From Ilumatobacteraceae bacterium (GTDB taxonomy: Bacteria > Actinomycetota > Acidimicrobiia > Acidimicrobiales > Ilumatobacteraceae), in the NCBI GenBank assembly GCA_041742555.1, contig JBGSII010000025.1, positions 1 through 57,307 of the forward strand: a DNA stretch of 57,307 nucleotides, written 5' to 3'. Under the pieces are notes generated by a model. That model was not told the DNA's origin and did not search any database. It was given only the letters and a program-made list of their open reading frames with translations. How positions within the stretch are numbered: position 1 is the first letter of the stretch; every line of letters begins with the position of its first letter. The position numbers and the translations under genes were made by a program. This document shows, one piece after another, positions 1 to 11,700 of this stretch.

Positions 1-922
1 GGTCCTCGGCAGCCGCAACCGCGTCCAAATCGACCGTTCCGGCGATCGGCCGCAGCGCATCCGGATCGATGTTGCGCAGCGCGTCCGCAGCATCGGCAGT
101 GCCTGCACTCACCTCGGCTGACAGCGCCGCTGCAGCCCGGACGTTCTGCGCGACGCCGGGGACCAGGCGCGCTGGCATGCCCATCGGCCCACCGATGCGA
201 TGCTCCGCCCGTTCGAGCACCGACGAAGCCTGCGCAAACCGGGCCGCCGCCGCATCGAAGTCGCCGTCGCCCAACGTCGACACCGCCGAACGGGCCAGCT
301 GGGAACCAAGCTCGAGATCTGAGCGGACCGACCACGCGGCCGCCGCCCCGAGGCCCGCAGCCAGCAGCGCTGCAATCAGCACCGCGACCGTGGCGATGAC
401 ACCGCGACGACGCAGTCGACCCGGACGCCGTCGGATCCCGAGCACCCAGAGCGCCACAGCACACGTGACACCGATCATGGCCGACAACCCGAAGAAGCCG
501 TCGAGCTCCGAACGGAGCAGGACGTTGAGCGTCAGCGCGGCAACGACCGCCCGGAGCGTGCTGAGATGGTCGCGACGCGCTCCGATGAACAGAGCGGCCA
601 CCAACGCCGCCACGCCGACAGCCGCGAGTATCGGCTGCATCGCCGTGACCGCCGCCACACCGGCCGTCAGCACGTGCACCCACCACGGCGCAGAAGCCGA
701 GGCCCACACGACGGCCGCGACCGACATGAAGAGCAGCACCGCATCGACGACGGTGGAACCGGTCGGCGACGCGCCAGACCACACGGCGACGACCCCACCC
801 ACAACGGCGACGGCCACCGCAAGCGGTTCGTCGACCCGATTACCGAACGCGCTCGGGCGAGCATCGTCATCGAGCAGGTCCGCCGAAATCGCCCGCCGCA
901 TCCGGAACGTGTCCACGCTCAT
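1..922 (-). CDS. Partial CDS (N-terminal part; continues past the left edge): polytopic membrane protein, possibly DUF4012-type envelope protein
   Basis: Absent from the ORF track because it has no stop in the window. My reverse-strand translation from ATG at 922 reads MSVDTFRMRRAISADLLDDDARPSAFGNRVDEPLAVAVAVVGGVVAVWSGAS... and stays open down to position 2. Several hydrophobic helices are followed by an Ala/Leu-rich soluble part (GDGDFDAAAARFAQASSVLERAE). The listed + ORF 69..1109 is its antisense shadow. Confidence 0.5.
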   Translation of the reverse strand, partial: MSVDTFRMRRAISADLLDDDARPSAFGNRVDEPLAVAVAVVGGVVAVWSGASPTGSTVVDAVLLFMSVAAVVWASASAPWWVHVLTAGVAAVTAMQPILAAVGVAALVAALFIGARRDHLSTLRAVVAALTLNVLLRSELDGFFGLSAMIGVTCAVALWVLGIRRRPGRLRRRGVIATVAVLIAALLAAGLGAAAAWSVRSDLELGSQLARSAVSTLGDGDFDAAAARFAQASSVLERAEHRIGGPMGMPARLVPGVAQNVRAAAALSAEVSAGTADAADALRNIDPDALRPIAGTVDLDAVAAAED

Positions 923-1105
923 GCCAATGGCCCAGGCTAGCGGTGGTCCACCCACGACAGCAGGCGCCTGCATCGCCAGATCCGACGACTACGTTCGCTC
1001 GGCCCGGCGCGCTCAGGTGAGAGACACGCTCCCCGTGCGACAGCACGATCTCTATACTCCGGGCGTGATGGTGCGATCTCGTCCAGTCGACATGAGTCTC
1101 CCGCG
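923..1105. promoter_or_regulatory. Divergent intergenic region that must carry promoters for the membrane-protein gene and the first sulfotransferase
   Basis: Back-to-back gene starts at 922 (-) and 1106/1118 (+). No specific -10/-35 motif identified. Confidence 0.3.
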
Positions 1106-1942
1106 GTGAGTGAGGCCATGGCATCGACGGGTCGTCTGCCTGATTGGATCATCATCGGCGCAATGAAGGCGGCGACGAGCAGCATGCACAAGTGGCTGTC
1201 GCTGCACCCGCAGATCGCAGCGTCCGGCCGCAAAGAGCTGAACTTCTTCATCGAGCCCACGTTCAGCGATCGAGGCATCGACTGGTACCGGCAGCAGTTT
1301 GCCGATCCGCCCGGCGCGCTCATCGCCGGCGAGTCATCAGTCAACTACACGAAGAACCACCACTATCCAGGGGTTGCCGCCCGGATGGCCTCGGTCGTGC
1401 CGGACGTCAAGCTCATCTACATTCTGCGCGACCCACTCACACGCATCGAGTCCGGCTACGTGCACAACGTCGCCGACGGGTTCGAACGCGCCAGTTTCGA
1501 CGAGGCGATACGACACCCCGACGACAGCCCCATCGTGCAGACCAGCCGGTACTGGTACCAGCTGCAGGACTTCCTCGAGCACTTCCCGCCCGAGCAGGTC
1601 CGGATCATGTCGTACGAGGCGATCGGGAAGGACCCGGCAGGAGGCGTGTCGTCGATCCTGGAGTTCCTGGGGCTCGACCCCAACTTCTCCAATCCGGCCA
1701 TCGGCAGCCAGGTCCACTCGAGTTCCGACAAGCGCCGCCCTCATGACTGGGCGCTGCGCATCCCGGCGGCAAGAGCCGACGGCAGCCGCGTACTGCGACG
1801 CCTGCGGCGCGTCGGGTCGACCCCGATCGAACGGCCTCAATGGAAGCCCGAGACACGTCGCATGATCGAGGACTACTTGCGTGCGGACGTTGCGGCCATG
1901 CGCCAATTCAGCGGGCTCGCCTTCGACGAATGGTCGATATAG
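1106..1942 (+). CDS. Sulfotransferase (Sulfotransfer_1-like, heparan-sulfate 3-O/N-sulfotransferase-type pattern)
   Basis: PAPS 5'-PSB motif IIIGAMKAATSS and 3'-PB motif ILRDPLTRIES. Pattern IIIGxxKxxTxxxxxWLxLHPxI..KELNFF...G..WY is present. It is a paralog of the CDS at 32578..33441. ORF starts at GTG 1106; ATG 1118 is an alternative start. Confidence 0.9.
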   Translation: MSEAMASTGRLPDWIIIGAMKAATSSMHKWLSLHPQIAASGRKELNFFIEPTFSDRGIDWYRQQFADPPGALIAGESSVNYTKNHHYPGVAARMASVVPDVKLIYILRDPLTRIESGYVHNVADGFERASFDEAIRHPDDSPIVQTSRYWYQLQDFLEHFPPEQVRIMSYEAIGKDPAGGVSSILEFLGLDPNFSNPAIGSQVHSSSDKRRPHDWALRIPAARADGSRVLRRLRRVGSTPIERPQWKPETRRMIEDYLRADVAAMRQFSGLAFDEWSI

Positions 1943-2669
1943 CCACCAGCCGAACCGAACCGCCCGGTTCGTCGACGGTCTCGATATCTGACGTCATCGA
2001 CCGATGACGGGCTCGCGTCACGCAATGATGATCTGATCGACAACGGCCTCGGCCCGCGCAGACGCCGACCATGACGGCGTCGAGACCCACCGATCCGAGA
2101 GACTGCGCATCAGCCGAGATGGCCGCCACACCCGGAGCCAAGCGACGAGCGCGACACGGCCTTCGAGGACTCGATTACCGAACATGCTCGATGCTCCAAC
2201 CCTCGACCCATTGTGCTGCTCAACCCACAGACTCACCACAGACGCATTCACCTGCATCTCGGAGCGACGGTTCGTCCGGACAGACAGCGACCCCGAACCG
2301 CATCTCCCGTCGGGAACCCGTCGTTGACGCCCGCATACTCATGCTCGAACGTCGCACGATCGTCCGACATCGGTATCAGAAAGCATCACGGCGGACAGGA
2401 ATGGACCTCCGCAGGACACCCGAAATTCCAGGGCCTGATCCCGACTTATATGTCGAAATCATCTGGCACCTCACGACATCTTCACGGGCAGCGACCGAGA
2501 CATCACCACGCGTCGATATCCTGGTCGACTCACCCGTCGCAGCATCTAGTGCAGCTTGAGGGTTTCGAACTCGCCCGATTCGACCTTGACGAGGCGTAGC
2601 TCGATGACAGGGACCCGGAACGTCATTCGGGACTTGCAACACGAGTCATACCCATGCCATATTGATTTT

Positions 2670-2692
2670 GTGCTGCGCGAGAGGTGCTGCGC
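2670..2692 (+). promoter_or_regulatory. 9-bp direct repeat (gtgctgcgc, 5-nt spacer, gtgctgcgc) just upstream of the giant-gene start; candidate regulator site
   Basis: Read directly: gtgctgcgc at 2670-2678 and again at 2684-2692. It sits in a locally lower-GC stretch 20-50 nt upstream of ATG 2712/2745. Function is purely conjectural. Confidence 0.2.
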
Positions 2693-2711
2693 ATTGAAGC
2701 AGGGGATTCGC

Positions 2712-5700
2712 ATGCTGGCACGGCCTTTCAAGACAAATGCTACGATGAGTGGTCGACTGCACACGGGTAATGGGACTCGCCGCACGAGGGCCCGGCTCGG
2801 CATCCTGATCGCACTCTCCACGGTCGCGGGCCTGCTCATCCTGTCGACGCCCACGCAGATCGCACAGGCCGTCGGGTTCAGTGCGTCGATCAACTTCCAA
2901 CGGACGAACGATTCGGTGCCGTCGGGGTTCCTCCGCGACTTCGGCCAAGGGTTCGGCGTCCGCACCGATGCCAATCAAGGGACCGGGTTGTCATACGGCT
3001 GGATCGTGCCCGGCACCCAGACACCAGTGTCGATCATCGGAACCGGGCGTGACCGCGGGTTCTCGGCCCCGAACGCAGCGAACCTCCCCCAGGAGCTCGA
3101 CACGTTCATCCACGCCCAGTCGAACACCGCAGACGCAAACCCGCTTTCCGTCGGGATCACGTTCAATGACCCACCGGCGACCGTCCCTCCAAACCCTCCC
3201 AGGATCAACGTCGCGTCCGACTGGCAGATCGCCGTCCCGGCGGGAACCTACGACGTCACGATCAGCGTCGGTGATCCGAACGGTCGAAGCGACGGCGGCG
3301 ACGCCGAAGAGCATCAGGTCATCGTCGAAACCGTGCCGCTCTTCACAGCGCCGTTCTCGCAGGCACCGGCCGGCGCGAGCAACGTCGATCGCGGCAAGCT
3401 GCTCCAGCACCAGTCGAACACGCTCACCGGCGTTGCGGTGACCGACGGCTTTCTCACGCTCGCCTTCCCGCCACAGCCCGCCGCAGACAACACCAAGATC
3501 AACTACATCCGGATCGTAGAGCAGGTCGCGCCGCCCGCGACTGCGACACCGACCAACTTCGCTGCCGTCGCCGGAACCACGCCGCTGACCGCGGAGCTGT
3601 CCTGGGACCCCGTCGTCGATGCGACTTCGTACAACGTCTTCCGCAACGGTGTCGACATCGCGGATGTCGCCGCGCCCACCACCACCTTCACCGACACGGT
3701 GACCTCCACCGGCGCCTACTCGTACTCGGTGACCGCCGTCGGACCCACCGACGAATCCGACCCGACCGCCGCAGTCGGTGTCATCCAGACGAACGCCAAG
3801 TGCGCCAACATCTCGCCGTTCGACTGTGGTGACGTACGTGTGGCGTTGCCGTTCGCGCTGGACTTCGACGCTTCCGCGGGTGGCCTCGTCGACTTGGCCG
3901 GTGTCGGCACAGGATTCACCATGGTCGACGCCCCCTCCGCGCGTATGACAGACGACGGGCCCCCGACCGATCCCGGCATCCCCGGCTACGAGCCGGGCCC
4001 CGCCCCTGGCGGCAACGACCCTGCTCAGATCGAAGTGACCGGTGGAGCACTACGCCTGTCATCGTCGAAGGGGATCATGTTCAGGACGAACTCGACGTCG
4101 ACCAACACGAACTCGCAACTCAACACGCTCGGCGTCGGCGTGGACGCCAGCCAGACCATCGAGATCCGTACCACTATCAGTGCTGACGACTTCGCTTCCT
4201 CGGCGGGCTCGAGTTCACAACAGGGCGGACTCTGGTTCGGACTCGACGAGGACAACTTTGCCAAGCTTGTCCTCGCCAAGACCAACAGCACCACCGGCCT
4301 CAAGGTTCAACTGCAGGTCGAAGCCGCAGGCGGCGCCATCGGTGCCCCAGCCGCAGCCCCACTCCAGATCGATACCGCTGGCTTCACCGGGCCGATCACC
4401 GAACCGATCGAACTGGTGCTGCGCGTCGACCCCGCCACGAACACCGTCACCGGCAGCTACCAGATCGGCGCTGGGGCCATCGTCGACGTCACCGACACCA
4501 CCAACACCTCGCTCACCATCCCCGCCGCGTTCACCGCAGCGCCCGCCGCGAACACCACCGGAACCTTCGCCGGCGTGTTCGTCACTCACCGCAGCGCTCT
4601 CGCCGCAGAGTCGTACACGATGGCCTTCGACAGCCTCGCCATCGACGACGTCCAGCCACCGGCCACGCCCACCAACCTCATCGTCGCGGCCGGCAACGAA
4701 ACCGCCGACGTCTCGTGGAATGCCGTCAGCGACGCAACCGAGTACATCGTCTCCGTCGACGGCACCCCCCGACCAGCAACCACCAACACCTCGCTCACGC
4801 TCACCGGACTCTCCAACGGAACGACCTACGCCATCACCGTCACCGCCGTCGACGCCTCCGGCAACACCTCCACCCCCACCCCACCCCAGAATGTCACCCC
4901 CGACGTCGGCGACGTCACGCCACCATCCGTGCCTTCCAACGTGGATGCCACCCCGGACACTGGTGCCGGCTCGGTCACGATCACCTGGAACCCCGTCGGT
5001 GACAGCGACCTCGCTGGGTATCGCGTCTACCGCGGCACCACGCTCCTCACTCCCGACGTACCTGCAGGAACGGAGACCTTCACCGACACCGGGCGGTCGC
5101 TCGGTGACTACAGCTACAGCGTCGCATCGTTCGACGCCATCGGCAACGAGTCGGCGCGGTCGTCAGCCATTCCCGTGCGCCTGACGAATGCGGTGTGTGG
5201 TGAGGTGTCGCCGTTGGAGTGTGGTGACGTGCGTGTGGCGCTGCCGTTCGCGCTGGACTTCGACGCTTCCGCGGGCGGCCTCGTCGACTTGGCCGGTGTC
5301 GGCACCGGTTTCACGTTGGTCGACGCGCCGTCGGCACGCCTCACGGACGACGGACCCCCGACCGATCCGGGCATCCCGGGCTACGAGCCCGGCCCCGCAC
5401 CCGGCGGCAACGACCCCGCCCAAATCGAAGTGACCGGCGGCGAACTGCGCCTGTCATCGTCGAAGGGGATCATGTTCAAGACGAACTCGACGTCGACCAA
5501 CACGAACTCACAGCTCAACACGCTCGGCGTCGGCGTCGACGCCAGCGAGGCCATCGAGCTCCGTACCACCATCACGGACGACGACTTGGACTCCTCCGCC
5601 GGCTCGGGTTCACAGCAGGGCGGACTCTGGTTCGGACTCGACGAGGACAACTTCGCCAAACTCGTCCTGGCGAAGACAAGCTCGACGACAGGTCTGCGGG

Positions 5701-8700
5701 TACAGCTGCAAGCCGAAGCTGACGGCGGGGCCGTCGGTGGTGGCAACAACGGCAACCCATACGAGATCAACATGCCGTTCACCGGGCCGATCACCGACCC
5801 GATCGAACTCGTGATGCGTGTCGACCCCGCCACCAACACCGTCACCGGCAGCTACCAGATCGGTGCCGGCCCGATCGTCGACGTCGCCGACACCACCAAT
5901 ACCTCGCTGATCATCCCGGCATCGTTGACCAATGCGCCCACGTCCAATGACGACCCCGGAACCTTCGCCGGCGTCTTCGTCACCCACCGCAACGCCGCCG
6001 CCGCCGAGTCCCTCACCATGGCCTTCGACAGCTTCGCCATCGACGACGTCCAGCCACCGGCCACGCCCACCAACCTCATCGTCGCCGCCGGCGACGAAAC
6101 CGCCGACGTCTCGTGGACTGCCGTCACCGACGCAACCGAGTACATCGTCTCCGTCGACGGCACCCCCCGACCAGCAACCACCAACACCTCGCTCACGCTC
6201 ACCGGACTCACCAACGGAACGACCTACGCCATCACCGTCACCGCCGTCGACGCCTCCGGCAATGAGTCGGATCCGACTCCACCCGAACTCGTCACCCCGA
6301 CCGGCGGCACGATCGTCCCGTGCCTGCCCGTCTCGACGTTGACGTGCGGCCAGGTCGTCTCGGCGCTGCCGTTCGAACTGACCTTCGACGGGACCGAGGG
6401 CGGACTCGTCGATCCAGCGGGCGACGACCTCGGCTTCACGATGGTCGACACTCACAGCCAGGCACGCGTCGCAGGCGATCCGGCGATCAGCAACGCCGAC
6501 ATACGCGGCTACGAGCCGTCGCTGCTCGACGTCGCCGCCGGATCCCTCACCATCGACGCCCGAAAGGGCATCCAGTACCTGGCAAACAACGCACTGATCA
6601 ACGCGCTCGGAACCGGCGTCGACCTCGACGGTCGAATCGTCTCGATCTCCACGACGATCAATCCCGTCACCTGGCCGACCACGCCCCAGAGCCAGCAGAC
6701 CGGACTGTGGTACGGCCTCGACGAGGACAACTTGTTCAAGCTCGTCATCGCCAACGCCTCCGACGACAACCTCCAGGTACAGCTGCTCCGCGAGGTCGGC
6801 GGAACCACCGACCCGACCCTCACGAGCAACGGCCTCGACGCAACAGTGATCCCCAAGACCGCCAAGGTCAGACTCTGGATGGTGATCGACGACGTCGCCG
6901 ACACCGTCTCCGCGTACTACTCGCTCAACGGTGGTCCACGAGTCAAACTCGACAAGAACGGCGTCGACTCGATCACGCTGCCGTCGGCGTTCGGTGCAGG
7001 CAAGTTGTTGTCGGACGGAACGACGACTGCGTCGTTCGCCGGCGTGTTCGCCACCAACCGCAACGGCACGAACACGCCCGGCATCGATCCGGTGTTCGAC
7101 GACTTCGCCGTCCGCGAGGTCGTCCCCGAACTCACGGCATCGCCCGACTCCGTCGCACTGTCCGCCGAAATCGACGACTCGATCAGCACCGAGGTGGCCG
7201 TCGAGGAGACACTCGGCGCGGCGACGAACGTCACGGTCACCGATGACGCACCCTGGCTCACGGTCACACCGAACGCCCTCACCCCAGGGACTCTCGCGGT
7301 CCTCGCCGATGCCACTGGTCTGGCAGTCGGTCAATACACGGCGACGATCTCCATTTCCGCCATCGGATACACCACGATCGAGGTTCCGGTCACCTTCGAC
7401 GTCACCCCGATCCCGCCGCCGGTCGACCTGAAGATCAACTTCCAAGCCAACACGGTCATGGTCAGCGGATCACCCGTCCCCGTCCCTGTCCCTGCCGGCT
7501 ACTTGAAGGACGTCGGACAGCCCTACGGCCCGCGGACCGATGCCGATCAGGGCACCGGTCTCTTCTACGGCTGGATCCTGCAGGACGACTCGAGCCCGCT
7601 CGACCTCACGACCAACGGCCGTGACCGCAATCGGGCATCGATCGACCAGCGTCTCGACACCTTCATCCACATGCAGTACGGCGACATCGTTCCGCAAGGC
7701 ACGAGCGGCAATCTCCAGCCCGGTCGCTGGGAGATCGCCGTGCCCGATGGCCTGTACGAGGTCGACGTGTCGGTCGGCGATCAGCCTGGCGGTGGCGGAA
7801 TCTACGATTCGGTCCACGCCATCAACGTCGAGGGCGCTGTCGCCCTCGAGACCTTCCAGGGCACAACCGCCGATGAGTACGAGTCGGCAACCGCCACCGT
7901 TGGCGTCTCCGACGGCCGGCTCTCGATCGACGCGGTGGGCGGCACCAACACCAAGATCAACTACGTCCACATCACCGAGGTGCCGGATGCACCACACGTC
8001 ACCACGATGCGACCGCTCAACCGGTCGATCGGCTTCGACCCCACCGACGGCGTCAGTGCCGACATCTCGGTCCCCGGCGCCGGAGTCGGCGTCGACGCCA
8101 ACAGCCTGGACGGCAATGTCAAGTTGTTCGACGTCCTGACCGGACTCGAGGTGCCGAGCACAGTCGGTACCTCTGGCGGCAACGACAACATCTCACTGCA
8201 ACCCGACGAGGAACTCACGCCGGGTCGGCAGTATCGCTTCGTGGTGACCAGCGCGGTCACCGCCGACGACGCCGCTGCGGCGCCGTTCGTTCCGTTCGTG
8301 AGTCTCTTCACCGCGGGCGAACCCGTCGGACCGCCGACCACGGGCACGTTCGAACCGCTGACCGGCGTCTCGTTCGACCGGGTCGAGCAGCTGGCCGCGA
8401 GCGGCGACATCATTGCCTCGATGGCCTTCGGGCCTGATGGCAAGCTGTACACCACCAGCATCGGTAGCGGTATCCATCGCTTCGACGTCGCTGCCGACGG
8501 CACGCTGTCGAATCGCACAAAGGTCGGGCCTGCAGAACTCGACGGGCGGGCGATCATCGGGATCGTGTTCGACACCTCGCTGCCCAGTGGCGAGCTCGGC
8601 ATCTGGATCACCCACGCCACCGCGAACATCGGCAACGAGTCGCAGGAGTGGGGCTCGAAGGTGTCCCACCTGTCGGGAGCGAACCTCGAGACGATCCGCG

Positions 8701-11700
8701 ACATCTTCGTCAACCTGCCCCGCTCGAAGAAGGATCACCTGTCGAACTCGATCGGGTACGGCCCGAACGGCGACCTGTACTTCCTCCAGGGCTCCAACCA
8801 AGCCGCAGGTGACCCCGACGGCGCCTGGGGCGACCGAGGCGAGACACTGCTCACCGCGGCAATGCTGCACTTCAGCCCGACCCATCCACTCGTGCTCGCT
8901 GCGAAGGCTGGCGGTGCTCCCATCGACGTGCGCACCGACGCCATCGGCGGATACGACCCGTTCGACGCCGATGCCCCTCTCAAGTTGTACGCCACCGGCA
9001 TCCGCAACGCCTACGACTTCGTGTTCCACTCCAACGGCCACCTGTACGTCCCGACGAACGGCACCGCTGGCGGCGGCAACAGCCCCGGCGTGAACGTCAC
9101 TCCCGAGTCGGGCGCACCGACGACTGCCCAACGACTCGGACAGGACCCCGGCGACTACACCGCGGCCTGCCTCACCCGACGTGTCGACGGTCTGCCCTAC
9201 ACCGCCGGCGACGTGCCTGCGATCACCAACCACTCGGTCCAGGAGGATCACCTCTACGACGTCGAGAAGGACAAGTACTACGGACACCCGAATCCCGAGC
9301 GCTGCGAGTGGGTGCTCCACAGCGGCAACCCGACCGCCGGCCAGGATCCCTTCGAACGAGCTGGCGGATCGAATTACCCCGTCGGCGTCCAGCCCGACCC
9401 GAACTACGCCGGGTACGCCTACAACTTCGGGTACAACAAGTCTCCGAACGGCACGGTCGAGTACACGAGCAACACGTTCGGCGGGCAACTGAAGGGTCGG
9501 ATCCTCGTCGTCAGGTTCTCGAACAACAACGACATCGTCTTCCTGCAACCCGACGACGCGACCGGTGCCATTCTCGGCGCACAACTCCAAGAGGGCATCG
9601 ACGGCGTCGCCAACTCGACGATCGGCGGAGTCGGCAACTTCAAGGATCCACTCGAGATCATCGAGGACCCCAGCACCGGCAACCTCTACGTCAACCAGTA
9701 TGACCAGGGCGGCAGCGGTCAGGGTCTGTTCCTGCTGCGAGTGCCCGCCGGCCAGGAGGCACCCGGTCTCGACGCGTCCGAGGACGAACTCGTGTTCTCA
9801 GCGACCGTGTCGGCGCAGCGCCCGAACGACGACCGCACGATCGAGGTCACCAACGACAGCGACGAGGCGATCACGCTGTCGGCGACCATCGCGGCTGCGA
9901 CATCCAACTCGGCGGTCAGCGACTACTCGATCGTCAACGGCGATGGCGTGACACTCGCCGCTGGAGCAACGACCACGGTCACCGTCAGGTTCGATCCAAC
10001 GCAGGCTGGCAATCGGAATGCTGTGCTTCGCCTGGGCAACGGCGACGATGTCGTCGACGTGGGCCTCTTCGGCATCGCCGCGACCGCGTACGAAGGCGGC
10101 AACGAACCAACGCTGTCGAACGTGTTGGTCGCGCTCGGCCATGGCACCGACGTGGGTTGGAACGGCCTCGCCGGGGGCGTCGCGCCGACCTCACGGGGCG
10201 CCGAAACCTACGCGCCGCTGTTCGAGAAGGCAGGTGCCGGCTCGGTGATGATGACCCCGCTCGCGCAGTACGCCCCGCAGGAGCTGCTCCCGTTCGGTTG
10301 GTACACGGGCGACGGAAGCGCCGCGAACCGCACCGTGATCGGGACGTTCTCCACTGCCGGCTATCAGAAGGTATTGCCACCGCTCGACAGCGGCGGCACC
10401 ACCTTCGATCCGGGCAGCGCGACGTTCGGACTCTTCTACCAGAGCAACTTCTTCGGTCGCATCGGCTACACGGAGGACGCCAAGAACGGCAGCGACATCC
10501 GCCGAGCTCGTATCTACCCGGCGAAGAATCGGGCCGGAACGACCATCGCCAATGCGTACATCATCGCGTTCGAAGACGCCGACAATGGGGACTACCAGGA
10601 CTACGTCTTCCTGGTCCGCAACGTCAAGCCCGCCGGTTCCGGCCCGGTCGACCCACCGACCGGTGACGACACGATCAAGGTCAACTTCCAGAGTGCCGCG
10701 GCCGCGGTTCCTGCCGGTTACCTGCGCGATTTCGGCGAGCCGTACGGCACGCGGACATTGGCAAACCAGGGAACCGGCCTCAGCTATGGATGGCTCGACC
10801 AGACGACCAAGGAACCCATCGATCTCTCGGTTGGCGGCACAGGACCTGGCAACGGCCGCGACCGCAATCTCGCGGCCGACCAGCGCTACGACACGCTGAT
10901 CAACCTGCAGTCGGCCGACCAGGCCGGCACGGTCAACGGAACAAGTGCCCGCGCGCTGTGGGAAATCGAGGTGCCGAACGGCGACTACGAGGTCACGATC
11001 GCCGTCGGCGACCCGGGCGTCTTCACCGACCCGGAGTTCCACTCGGCTAACGTCGAAGGCACGCCGGCCATCACCCGCTTCGCCCCGACGGGCATCGCCG
11101 GGGCGACGACGCGGCACACCACGCAAACGGTCCAGGTCGAGGTGACCGACGGTCGGCTGACGATCGATGCGATCGGTGGGCAGAACTCGAAGTTCAATTT
11201 CGTGGAGATCACCCCGATCAACACCGGTGCAGTCCAGGTCAACTTCCAGCCCGCCGGTGCAGTCACACCGGCCGGGTGGGTCGCGGATACCGGCGCTGCG
11301 TTCAGCACCACACGCGGGTATGGCTGGCTCGTCGGCGCAACGCCGACCGACCGTTCGTCAGCAACCCGCCTTCGGACACTGCCCGCAGGCGACCCGCTGC
11401 GTCAGACCTTCAACATCATCCAGAACGACGTGGTCACCACGCTCACCAACGGCACCTGGGAGTACGCCCTCCCCAACGGCGAGTACGCCGTCGAGGTCAG
11501 TGTCGGCGACTCCGACTTCACCAACTCGCTGCACTCGGTCAGCGTCGAGGGCGTCAACATCATCTCGCAGTTCCTGCCCAGCACCGGCAACCTCTTCCAG
11601 ACTGCGGGCGGCATTGTCACCGTGAACGACAACCGGCTCACGTTGACGGCCGGCTTCAACGGATCGAACACCAAGGTCAACTGGATCAAGATCACCGAAA

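Noticed and set aside
69-1109. 346-aa + strand ORF at the left edge
   Set aside because: Ala/Arg/Ser/Thr/Pro-rich with no motif. The opposite strand in register encodes a coherent multi-helix membrane protein from ATG 922 running off the window, so this is a typical high-GC antisense shadow.
2556-2711. N-terminal 52-aa extension of the giant ORF given in the track
   Set aside because: The extension (MRVSNSPDSTLTRRSSMTGTRNVIRDLQHESYPCHIDFVLRERCCALKQGIR) precedes rather than forms the signal peptide. It covers a lower-GC, repeat-containing stretch that looks like leader or promoter sequence.
5610-7445. 611-aa minus-strand ORF (and similar ones at 8193-9590, 10191-11126, 11358-12152, 12519-13211, 13797-14450) inside the giant + gene
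   Set aside because: Composition dominated by R/G/D/V runs with no domains. All lie antisense to a continuous, domain-rich 12-kb ORF, so they are shadow ORFs.
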